A DNA stretch of 64,000 nt. Source: an uncultured Gemmatimonadaceae bacterium (lineage in GTDB: Bacteria; Gemmatimonadota; Gemmatimonadetes; Gemmatimonadales; Gemmatimonadaceae). Every line of letters begins with the position of its first letter. Position 1 is the stretch's first letter. The translations under genes were made by a program, and so were the position numbers. Shown piece after piece: positions 1 through 7,654 of the stretch. The DNA is taken from the NCBI GenBank assembly GCA_963740355.1, contig CAVUDW010000002.1, positions 2,080,001 through 2,144,000 of the forward strand. Direction: 5' to 3'. The notes beneath the pieces were generated by a model. It saw only the letters and a list, made by a program, of their open reading frames with translations. It did not search any database and was not told the DNA's origin.

Positions 1-477
1 CTCGCGGCCGACTATCGTCGTGATCGCGGCGCCATCCTGTCGCGCACCGTCACGCGCGCGGCGAGCAAGTATCTCGCGGCACGCGCGCTGGAAGCGGCGG
101 CGGAAGCCGCAGCGTCGAAGGGCGACGACTCGGGCGACAAGAAGAAGAAGTCGAAGAAGGACGACGACGCGAAACGCGCCGCGGGCATGATGGCGCGCCT
201 GTTTGCGAATGCGACCACCACGTTGCTGGAGCGCGCTGACACGCGCGGCTGGACGCTGCTGCCTGGGTCGGTGTCGGTGGTGCGTATGCGAATCCCCGCC
301 GGCACGCACGAATTGCTCGTGGATGCGGCGGGGACGCGTCAACTCAGCCTGCCGGGTGTCGTCGTTCGCGGTGGCGGGACGACGGTGGTTTCAGCACGGC
401 TCTGGCGTGAGCCCGGCGAGGGAGTCCGCTCGATGGTAGAGCGCACCGCCACCCACGAGCCCGCGCCACAGCGCTGA
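1..477 (+). CDS. 5'-truncated COG3014-like hypothetical (lipo)protein, C-terminal part
   Basis: Frame is open from base 1 to TGA at 475-477; contains ERADTRGWTLLP...IPAGTHEL, resembling the ADxRxWxxLP motif of COG3014 proteins. Confidence 0.6.
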   Translation, partial: LAADYRRDRGAILSRTVTRAASKYLAARALEAAAEAAASKGDDSGDKKKKSKKDDDAKRAAGMMARLFANATTTLLERADTRGWTLLPGSVSVVRMRIPAGTHELLVDAAGTRQLSLPGVVVRGGGTTVVSARLWREPGEGVRSMVERTATHEPAPQR

Positions 478-621
478 CTTGAAGGCCGGCAGCGCCGGCT
501 CGACGTCGATCAGCGCACGGAACAACGCCGCCGGCCCATCCAGCACCACGCCTTCGTCGGCGCAGTCGGCGCAGGCGTCGTCATCCACGGGAAGGTCAGC
601 GAGCATAGCGACCTCTGGCAC
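391..621 (-). CDS. possible small acidic protein with CxxC (CADC)
   Basis: 76-aa ORF with GC-rich third positions; overlaps the 3' end of the convergent gene; no recognisable family. Confidence 0.25.
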   Translation of the reverse strand: MPEVAMLADLPVDDDACADCADEGVVLDGPAALFRALIDVEPALPAFKSALWRGLVGGGALYHRADSLAGLTPEPC

Positions 622-968
622 GGGACGTGCTTGGATAGCTGATGCGGGCCGGTTTCGGTCGACGCCAATGCTGCATGAGAACTGCGGGGGCCATCATCGT
701 GACCAGCAGAACCACTGCAATCATCTGAGCCTCTGACGCAAAGAGTCTGGACGAGCCGGCACATCGGCGTGCCGGCACATCCCACTCCGCGCAAGTCTCG
801 GTCGCTGTCAGCCGGGCTTGAGCCCTCCTGTCGCGTCCGCTCCCTGCCGGGGCGCCGTACCCCCATCAGACGCCCCGATCCGCGGGAGGTAATGCGGTTC
901 GGTTCTCAGCCCACTCCGCTCCCTCGGGGCCACATCTCCCGTCCGCTGACGGCTGGCTGACGTCCGTT

Positions 969-1048
969 TGCATCGTGACGGAAGGGCAACAGCAATGGGG
1001 GGGAGGCCACGGAGCTCACTGAGTGCGACCAGCGCTACCAGCCGTGCT
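969..1048 (-). repeat. diverged inverted copy of the ~77-bp repeat unit, upstream of the GxxExxY gene
   Basis: 990-1026 CAGCAATGGGGGGGAGGCCACGGAGCTCACTGAGTGC matches the reverse complement of 1614-1650 at 33/37 positions; TGCATCG (969-975) and CGTGC (1043-1047) also match the unit ends in register. Confidence 0.85.
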
Positions 1049-1097
1049 TCGCCGCCATCGCTACGGCGGAGAAATCCATCATGGGGAGGCGGCGCCA

Positions 1098-1493
1098 ATG
1101 AGAGGTCTGTTCCGGTCACCAGAGGACGAGTTGGTCGAAACCGTGATTGGCTGTGCGATCGAGGTGCACCGGCACCTCGGACCTGGCCTTCTGGAGTCGA
1201 CATACGCCGCATGTCTTGCGTATGAGCTGCGACTGAAGGGGATTCCGTTTCAGACCGAGGTTCCGCTTCCCGTTCGATACAAGGACATGCAGCTCGAATG
1301 CGGTTATCGCACCGACATGATCGTCGACTCCCGCCTGATCATTGAGATCAAAAGCGTCGAGCGCCTGATTCGATTGCATTCCTCACAACTCATGACGTAC
1401 CTGCGCCTCTCCGGCATCCGCCTCGGATTTCTTTTCAACTTCAACGCCCCGCGTCTCGTCGACGGCATTCGTCGCATCAAGCTCTGGTTCTAA
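1098..1493 (+). CDS. GxxExxY protein (PD-(D/E)XK nuclease superfamily, PDDEXK_3-like)
   Basis: HRHLGPGLLESTY motif, then YRTDMIVD...IIEIKSV (D...ExK) and QLMTYL..GFLFNF; GGGGAGG RBS before ATG 1098; 131 aa. Confidence 0.93.
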   Translation: MRGLFRSPEDELVETVIGCAIEVHRHLGPGLLESTYAACLAYELRLKGIPFQTEVPLPVRYKDMQLECGYRTDMIVDSRLIIEIKSVERLIRLHSSQLMTYLRLSGIRLGFLFNFNAPRLVDGIRRIKLWF

Positions 1494-1513
1494 CAGCTGT
1501 AGTTGTCCTGCGG

Positions 1514-1698
1514 TGCACGATCGGCTGCCAATGGAGCACTCCGTGAGCTCCGTGTGCTCCCCCCCCCAATGCAGTTTGCGAAAGCACGCGATGCACGATC
1601 GGCTGCCAATGGAGCACTCCGTGAGCTCCGTGTGCTCCCCCCCAATGCTGTTTGCGAAGGCACGCGCTGCACGAACGCTGCGACTGGCACGCACTCCG
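1514..1698 (+). repeat. tandem array of ~77-bp units: two near-identical copies plus one degenerate partial copy
   Basis: Copy 1 1514-1591, copy 2 1592-1667 (TGCACGATCGGCTGCCAATGGAGCACTCCGTGAGCTCCGTGTGCT-C9/C7-AATGCWGTTTGCGAARGCACGCG); degenerate copy 3 from 1668 (TGCACGAACGCTGCGACTGGCACGCACTCCG). Confidence 0.93.
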
Positions 1699-1730
1699 GC
1701 TAGCTTGCTCGAGCCCTCACCGACTCGATC

Positions 1731-2024
1731 GTGCTCTCCTTTCTGCTGCTGACACTGATTGTCGCGATTCTCGCCGGCGCCCGAGCGACGGGGCCGGGGT
1801 GGGCGGCACGCCTCGGACGCGCGCTGCGGTGGGGCGGAATGGTGGGACTGGTGGGATTCCTCGGCGGATTTTTCGGGCCGATGCTCTTCGCCCCCAGCGC
1901 CAACCAGGGGCCGATGGTCGGGATCTTCCTCACGGGACCGCTCGGCTTCGTGCTGGGCTTCATCATCGGTGCCGTACGCGAGATCCGCGACAGCCGAAAG
2001 CCTCACGACCCGCTCGCACTGTGA
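1731..2024 (+). CDS. small membrane protein (about 3 TM segments)
   Basis: Hydrophobic Gly-rich 97-aa ORF (GFLGGFFGPM...NQGPMVGIFLTGPLG); GTGA overlap with next gene. Confidence 0.75.
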   Translation: MLSFLLLTLIVAILAGARATGPGWAARLGRALRWGGMVGLVGFLGGFFGPMLFAPSANQGPMVGIFLTGPLGFVLGFIIGAVREIRDSRKPHDPLAL

Positions 2025-3256
2025 AAGACGTCATCATCATCGGCGCCGGCGCCGCCGGCACCATGGCCGCCATCTTCGCCGCCCGCAGCGGCGCGAGGGT
2101 GCGCCTGCTCGAACGCACCAGGGACGGCGGGCGAAAGATCCTCATCAGTGGCGGTGGGCGATGCAATGTGCTGCCGTCGCGGGTCGATGAAGCGCGCTTC
2201 GTCACCGACTCGTCGCCGAATATCCTCCGCAAGATCATCCGCTCCTGGCCGCTCGCCGAGCAGATCGCATTCTTCGAGCAGGACCTCGGTATTCCACTCG
2301 AACACGAGGAAGAGTCGCTCAAGCTCTTTCCCGCCTCGCACAAGGCGCGCGATGTCCGAGATGGTCTCATCGACTGCGCCGTGCGCAACGGCGTGCAATT
2401 CCTGACCGAGGTCGCGGTCAACGACATCGTGCCAGATGGCGCACGCTGGCACGTGCACTGCGACGATGGTCGCGTACTCGATGCCGACGCCGTGATCGTG
2501 GCGACCGGTGGGTACTCGGTGCCGAACACCGGGAGCGATGGTCGCGGCCTGGCGATCCTGCGCAAGCTGGGCCACACCATACACCCCACCTATGCCGCGC
2601 TGACGCCGGTCACCGTGGAGCCCAACGCCTTCACGGAGCTCTCCGGCATCTCGCTGCCGGTCACGATCACCGCGAAGTCCGGCAAGGAATCGGCGCGTGC
2701 CACCGGCGGCTTCCTGTTCACGCACCGTGGATACAGCGGTCCATCGGTCCTGAACGTGTCGCACGTCGCCGTCCGATCGAAGGCGAGCCATGTCGAACGG
2801 GCCGCACTGTCGGTCAAATGGACGCCGCTCGATGACGACGCCTGGAACCAGCGGTTGGCCCCGCATGGCGCACGGACCGTCTCTGGTGCCGTCCGCGCCG
2901 AGCTACCGGAACGACTGGCCAGCGTGCTCATCGACAGGGCAGGGGTCGACCCGCTGCGCACGCTGAGCGAATTGCGGCGCGACGAACGGCTGCGCCTGAT
3001 CGAGACACTCGTGCGCGGCGACCTCCCGTGGGCGGGGGATGAGGGCTACAAGAAGGCGGAGGTCACTGGCGGCGGAGTGAGTCTCTCCGAGATCGACCAT
3101 CGGACGATGGAGAGTCGCCTGCACCCAGGCCTCTTCCTGTGTGGCGAGATTCTCGACGCCTTCGGCCCGATCGGCGGCTACAACTTCCTCTGGGCGTGGT
3201 GCACGGGACGTGCGGCCGGCATTGCGGCCGCTGTTCCGGCGGGCATGGACAAGTGA
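2021..3256 (+). CDS. HI0933/YhiN (BaiN-like) family FAD-dependent oxidoreductase
   Basis: GAGAAG, GRKILISGGGRCN, FTHRGYSGP, VTGGGV, GPIGGYNF motifs; GTG start at 2021. Confidence 0.93.
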   Translation: MKDVIIIGAGAAGTMAAIFAARSGARVRLLERTRDGGRKILISGGGRCNVLPSRVDEARFVTDSSPNILRKIIRSWPLAEQIAFFEQDLGIPLEHEEESLKLFPASHKARDVRDGLIDCAVRNGVQFLTEVAVNDIVPDGARWHVHCDDGRVLDADAVIVATGGYSVPNTGSDGRGLAILRKLGHTIHPTYAALTPVTVEPNAFTELSGISLPVTITAKSGKESARATGGFLFTHRGYSGPSVLNVSHVAVRSKASHVERAALSVKWTPLDDDAWNQRLAPHGARTVSGAVRAELPERLASVLIDRAGVDPLRTLSELRRDERLRLIETLVRGDLPWAGDEGYKKAEVTGGGVSLSEIDHRTMESRLHPGLFLCGEILDAFGPIGGYNFLWAWCTGRAAGIAAAVPAGMDK

Positions 3257-3510
3257 ACGGGACTCTGGTGTCTCTTGGTGTGTGAGCCGATGTTGTGCCG
3301 GTCGACACGAGCCGAAACTGCATCTGCAGCGGTCAGGGCAGGACACGGGAAGTAGCTGTCTGGGACCCTTGATCGTCTTCGAACACGCTGTGTGCAACAC
3401 CGGGACGGCGTCACCCGAGTGGGTGATGGCCCCCCATCAGTTCTTGCGGTAGAGTACGGTGTGACTTGCACCGACTAATTCGTCAGCAACACTCTCTCCC
3501 AGAGGTAGTA

Positions 3511-3954
3511 ATGTCCGTCATGCGCTCGCTCCGGTGGTTCGCAGTTGCCGCCGTGGCACTCGTGCTCGCAGGCCCAGTATCCGCTCAGTCGATGCGTGAG
3601 CGAATCACTGCCGAGCAGCTCACTGGCCTGCTCCGTGACAAGGGCATGGAAGGTCAGGTCAACGAACGCGGCAACGTCGTGGTGCAGGCCAACAACAGCA
3701 AGATCGTGTTCTTCATCTCCGGCCAGACGCTGCAGGCCTACTTCGGCCTTCGCGGCACCTCGGCGAACGTGAACACGATCAACGAGTGGAACAAGACGAA
3801 GCGCTTCGGCCGCGCCTACATCGATGCCGAAGGCGATCCGTGTGTGGAACTCGACTACGACCTCGAAGGTGGCGTGAGCGATGACTCGATCAAGGTCTGG
3901 TTCGACACCGTGACGGCGATCGTTCGCTCCTTCCGGACCCACGTGAGCAAGTAG
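3511..3954 (+). CDS. exported YbjN-domain protein
   Basis: Signal peptide then INEWNKTKRFGRAYIDAEGDPCVELD, typical of the YbjN family; AGAGG RBS. Confidence 0.8.
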   Translation: MSVMRSLRWFAVAAVALVLAGPVSAQSMRERITAEQLTGLLRDKGMEGQVNERGNVVVQANNSKIVFFISGQTLQAYFGLRGTSANVNTINEWNKTKRFGRAYIDAEGDPCVELDYDLEGGVSDDSIKVWFDTVTAIVRSFRTHVSK

Positions 3955-3979
3955 CTGCTCGCGACGTTGCAAGACACAT

Positions 3980-4022
3980 GACGGGCCGCGCACTCTCCCC
4001 AGTGCGCGGCCCGTCGTCTTTT
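3980..4022 (+). terminator. intrinsic terminator-like hairpin
   Basis: 15-bp perfect stem GACGGGCCGCGCACT/AGTGCGCGGCCCGTC followed by GTCTTTT, between convergent genes. Confidence 0.75.
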
Positions 4023-4110
4023 CCAGTGCGTCACACAGCACACATCGCGCCACGTACCGCGCCACAGATCGCGCGCGCGTCGAGCACTCCCTGCATCGCG
4101 CCAGGCGCCG

Positions 4111-7008
4111 CTAGGGACGCCACCCGATCATGAGATAGGCAGATCCCTTGTCCTGCAGCGGCCCGCGGATGATGCGCGCCACGCCGGCCAGAGCGCGCAG
4201 CCGCGGCAACCCCACCAATCCCAGGTAGTCGATGTCGAACCCCTGCTCGAGCCCAACGACCGCCGAATGCCGATCGACGTTCCAGGTCGTGCCAACGGAG
4301 TGCGCGTACACGGTCCCCGGGAGGAACGGCGTCGGTCGTTCGATGCGCAACTCATAGAGCGACGGACCGCGTGCGATTCCCACCGGCAACGCCGGAATCG
4401 ACACGCGCTGGGCGAGCGTCGCATTGTCGCTCAGCGGCGGCGCAAAGCCGCCGGCACTGAACTGCTCGAAGAGCGGCGTGGTGTTGGTGGACCGATGCAT
4501 CCGCGCATCGAGCCGGATGCGACGCGCGCTCAGATAAGCGCCAAGACTTCCGCGCACCGTCTCGCCGTCACCGAGCTTGCCCGCGGCGCCGCGCGCAGAG
4601 AGGCCAGCGCTGGCGCGCCAGCCGATCACGCCACCGATCGCATATTGCGCGCTGATCAACGTGCGCAGGAGACGATCGCGATCGCGCTCCTCGACGCCGC
4701 CGACGAACGCGCTCACGGAGAGGCGTCGTGACAGCGACGAACCCTGCATCGGCAATTCGATCGCCGCAGAAGCGCCAGCCAGGCGGACGTCCGTTGCTGA
4801 CACGTCAGCCGCATTGCGCTGGGCCGTGGCGCGTTGCTCGAGCCAGAACGTCTCGCCGCGCAGGCTCGGTCGGGAGCCGTACCACGCCGCACTGGCCGTA
4901 CCGCCCCGCCAGGCGGCCGTCGTGCCTCCCATCGCGGCGAGCGTCCAGACGAGGCGATTGGCGGGATCGGCGCTGGCGATCACACCGCTGTGCATCAGCC
5001 CATCGCGCGCCATCGCTGTCTGGGCCACGAACCGATAGGTGCGTGGACCGATGCCGTAATTGTGCGGCGCTGGTAGAGCCGCTGTGGCCAACGGAATCCC
5101 TGCCTCACGCGCGCGAGGCATGGCGGGGATCAACTGCGATGCGACACCCGCGAGGGGATCGGCGCCGGCATTCGTGCCGGCGTCGATTCGATGCAGGTCC
5201 ATGCCGCCAGCGTATTCGACGAGGAACAGCACGCCGCCGTCGGGCGTCGGCGCCGGTTCGTACACACTGCCGGTGACGCGTGTGCGCGTCGTCCGCGTGC
5301 CATCGCGCAGCAGCAGTGATTCGACATTCGGAATGCCACCCGCTTCGCTCACGTACACGAGTTGCGTGCCGGTGGCGTCGAAGCTCGCGGAGTGACGGTT
5401 CACATCATCGTCGGGCGTCACCAGTTGCTGCGCGCCCGTCGCCGGATCGACCAGCGCCAGTCGCCATAAACCATCCTGATCCTGCACCCCAGCCACGATG
5501 CGGCTGCCATCGGGCGACCAGCGCGGGTGACTGAACACCCTGGTCGGTGTTCCGTGCGCGAGCGTCGTCACCGCGCCAGTGGAGAGAGTGACGAGCACCA
5601 GGTCACACACCCCTCCAACACATCGCACGCCTGCAGCCCGTGACGCATCGGGTGACGGATCCGCATCCTGCACCGCGGCGCCATCGGTGAGGTATCGCAG
5701 TTCATCGGTGACGGTGTTCCAGACGGCAAGATCGGGGCGCTGCGTGCCATCGCTGCGCACGCTCCACGACTCGAACAGGACCCGGGTGCCTGCGCGATCG
5801 ATGAATCGTGGATTGGCGACGAATCGGCCGCGACGCGGTCGCAGCGTCGCCACTGGCTTCGCGAGGCGCGGGTACACTCGAATGGCCGGCACATCCTGCG
5901 GATCGCGCTTCAGCAGCCGCTCGACCTGTTGCCGCTCGAGCGTCGAGGTGGGCTGTGTGTCGGCGGCGCTGACGACGACGCGCGGCGGCGCGCCGCCAAG
6001 GCCGGGGAGCAGCATCGCCAGCCGCTTGCCATCAGCGCTCAACGCGGGGCCACCCACGGTCCCCGAGAAATGCGCGAGGCGCGTGCCGACCACCAATCCG
6101 GCCTGCCGCAACGCGGTGTCCGCCGCAAACGATTTCGCCGTCAGTTCGGCAGTGAATCGGCCGTACAGCACGGCGGGCGAATCGCCGTACACGCCGCGAA
6201 AGGCTTCGTCGAACGAGCGCGCCACGCGGGCCGTTTGCCGACGGAACACCAGCGTCATCGAAGTGTCGCCACGCTGGGCGGCCAGCCACTCCCAGAACGC
6301 GGAGCCGGCGAGGTAGGCCATGCTGCCGCCCTTGTAGCCGCCACCGCCGCTCATGGCGCCGTAAGTCGGAAGTCTGCCCTCCAGTGCCAGTTCACGGAGC
6401 AGGGCGGGGCGCCAGGCGCCGTGGGGCCGTCCGCTGCCGGTGACCTTGCCCTCGATCCACGTGGCGTACCCCTCGAGTGCCCAGCGCGGCGTCGTAGCCG
6501 CCAGTGGACTCACCTGCGCCGGTGCGAGGTGCCAGTACCACTGCGACCGGCGCGCCGGTCGCGAGAGGTGCGCGATGTGGCCGAATTCGTGCGCGGCGAG
6601 CTTGATGCCCCAGCCGCGATGGTTGGCGATCTGGTCGGTCGGTCCCGGCGGGGTGACCCACAGATGCACCAATGGGGCGCCGATCAGCGGCAGGGCCTTG
6701 CCGTTGGCCACGTTGTATGGGTCGTCGATCAGGATCGCCGTCCTGCCGGGCGGCGCATAGCCCACCAGGGCGGCCACCGCGTCGTGCATGGCGTCCAGCC
6801 GTGGTGCGAGGTCGAGGGCCCATGCGGCGTTGTCGAGGGGGTAGTGCACGTCGAACCACTTCGTGCTCAAGCTGCGCCACGGGCCGCTGCTCCGAACGAT
6901 GTCCTGTGCGCCGCCGGACTCCGGAACGCCAGTCAGGAGAACCAGAAGGAGGGAAAGCGCCAGAAGCCGTGCCGGTTTCGCGCCGTTGACGAAGTGAAAT
7001 GATCGCAT
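4111..7008 (-). CDS. large exported protein: HEXXH metallopeptidase-like domain, PD40/TolB-like propeller repeats, probable C-terminal beta-barrel
   Basis: Signal-like N-terminus, AHEFGH...WALEGYA, repeated P-x-WSPDG-type motifs, C-terminus rich in alternating beta-strands; start codon uncertain. Confidence 0.75.
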   Translation of the reverse strand: MRSFHFVNGAKPARLLALSLLLVLLTGVPESGGAQDIVRSSGPWRSLSTKWFDVHYPLDNAAWALDLAPRLDAMHDAVAALVGYAPPGRTAILIDDPYNVANGKALPLIGAPLVHLWVTPPGPTDQIANHRGWGIKLAAHEFGHIAHLSRPARRSQWYWHLAPAQVSPLAATTPRWALEGYATWIEGKVTGSGRPHGAWRPALLRELALEGRLPTYGAMSGGGGYKGGSMAYLAGSAFWEWLAAQRGDTSMTLVFRRQTARVARSFDEAFRGVYGDSPAVLYGRFTAELTAKSFAADTALRQAGLVVGTRLAHFSGTVGGPALSADGKRLAMLLPGLGGAPPRVVVSAADTQPTSTLERQQVERLLKRDPQDVPAIRVYPRLAKPVATLRPRRGRFVANPRFIDRAGTRVLFESWSVRSDGTQRPDLAVWNTVTDELRYLTDGAAVQDADPSPDASRAAGVRCVGGVCDLVLVTLSTGAVTTLAHGTPTRVFSHPRWSPDGSRIVAGVQDQDGLWRLALVDPATGAQQLVTPDDDVNRHSASFDATGTQLVYVSEAGGIPNVESLLLRDGTRTTRTRVTGSVYEPAPTPDGGVLFLVEYAGGMDLHRIDAGTNAGADPLAGVASQLIPAMPRAREAGIPLATAALPAPHNYGIGPRTYRFVAQTAMARDGLMHSGVIASADPANRLVWTLAAMGGTTAAWRGGTASAAWYGSRPSLRGETFWLEQRATAQRNAADVSATDVRLAGASAAIELPMQGSSLSRRLSVSAFVGGVEERDRDRLLRTLISAQYAIGGVIGWRASAGLSARGAAGKLGDGETVRGSLGAYLSARRIRLDARMHRSTNTTPLFEQFSAGGFAPPLSDNATLAQRVSIPALPVGIARGPSLYELRIERPTPFLPGTVYAHSVGTTWNVDRHSAVVGLEQGFDIDYLGLVGLPRLRALAGVARIIRGPLQDKGSAYLMIGWRP

Positions 7009-7261
7009 GCAATCAGTAGAAGAAGCCGTCGAGGCCGGGGAGCCGGCGCTGGTCGACAAGGATAGTCGCTCCGGCCGACCCCCTCGCCCTGCGGCCGCTG
7101 GTGCGGGAACTGCCGTTTTCCGTTCGGCGTCCTTCATCAGGGCTTCATCCGGCTCGCATAGCATTCCGAACCGGATATCGCCATCATGCGAGTGACCGCC
7201 GCCGACGAAGCCGGCCGACCCACGTCACCCTCATCCAGCGTCCAGGGGAACTGCGCCGACC

Positions 7262-7654
7262 ATGAAATTGATCACTGCGATCATTCGACCTGAGTGTCTA
7301 GCCGACGTGAAAGCTGCGCTGTTTCGCGCCGGCGTCACCGGCGTGACGTTTTCCCGTGTCTCTGGACATGGCGGCGAGCGCGAAGTGGTGCAGCAGTATC
7401 GCGCTGAGACTGTCGTGCTCGAGTTCCACGAGAAGGTGAAGGTCGAGATGGCGGTGTCGGAGCACTATGTCGAGCCGACGATCGCTGCGATCCTCGCCTC
7501 TGCGCGCACGGGCAACGTTGGTGACGGCAAGATCTTCGTGCAGCACCTCGATCGGGTGGTGCGCATCCGCACCGGTGAGGAAGACACCGCTGCGCTCACG
7601 CCGGTGACTGCGGATGCCGTGCAGCGATTGGCGCAACGTCAGGTGGCGTCATGA
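7262..7654 (+). CDS. glnK: PII nitrogen regulatory protein
   Basis: MKLITAIIRP...ARTGNVGDGKIFV...IRTGE; directly upstream of amtB. Confidence 0.95.
   Translation: MKLITAIIRPECLADVKAALFRAGVTGVTFSRVSGHGGEREVVQQYRAETVVLEFHEKVKVEMAVSEHYVEPTIAAILASARTGNVGDGKIFVQHLDRVVRIRTGEEDTAALTPVTADAVQRLAQRQVAS

Noticed and set aside
1514..1698. Possible CRISPR array
   Set aside because: Units are duplicated over their whole length with no unique spacers, and no cas genes are in the window.
1490..1752. Short ORFs with internal peptide repeats (1490-1690, 1503-1703, 1513-1752)
   Set aside because: They are translations of the DNA tandem repeat in several frames, with no RBS or coding bias.
2632..2641. CACGGAGCTC matches to the repeat core here and near 51915
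   Set aside because: 10-bp matches inside coding sequence with no flanking similarity; expected by chance at this GC content.
3257..3510. Cobalamin riboswitch suggested by GGGAAG and small hairpins
   Set aside because: Other conserved B12-element segments are missing and the downstream gene is unrelated.
7010..7261. Glutamine riboswitch or sigma54 promoter upstream of glnK
   Set aside because: I could not match the glnA-motif consensus or a TGGCAC-N5-TTGC site by eye; an Rfam search would be needed.
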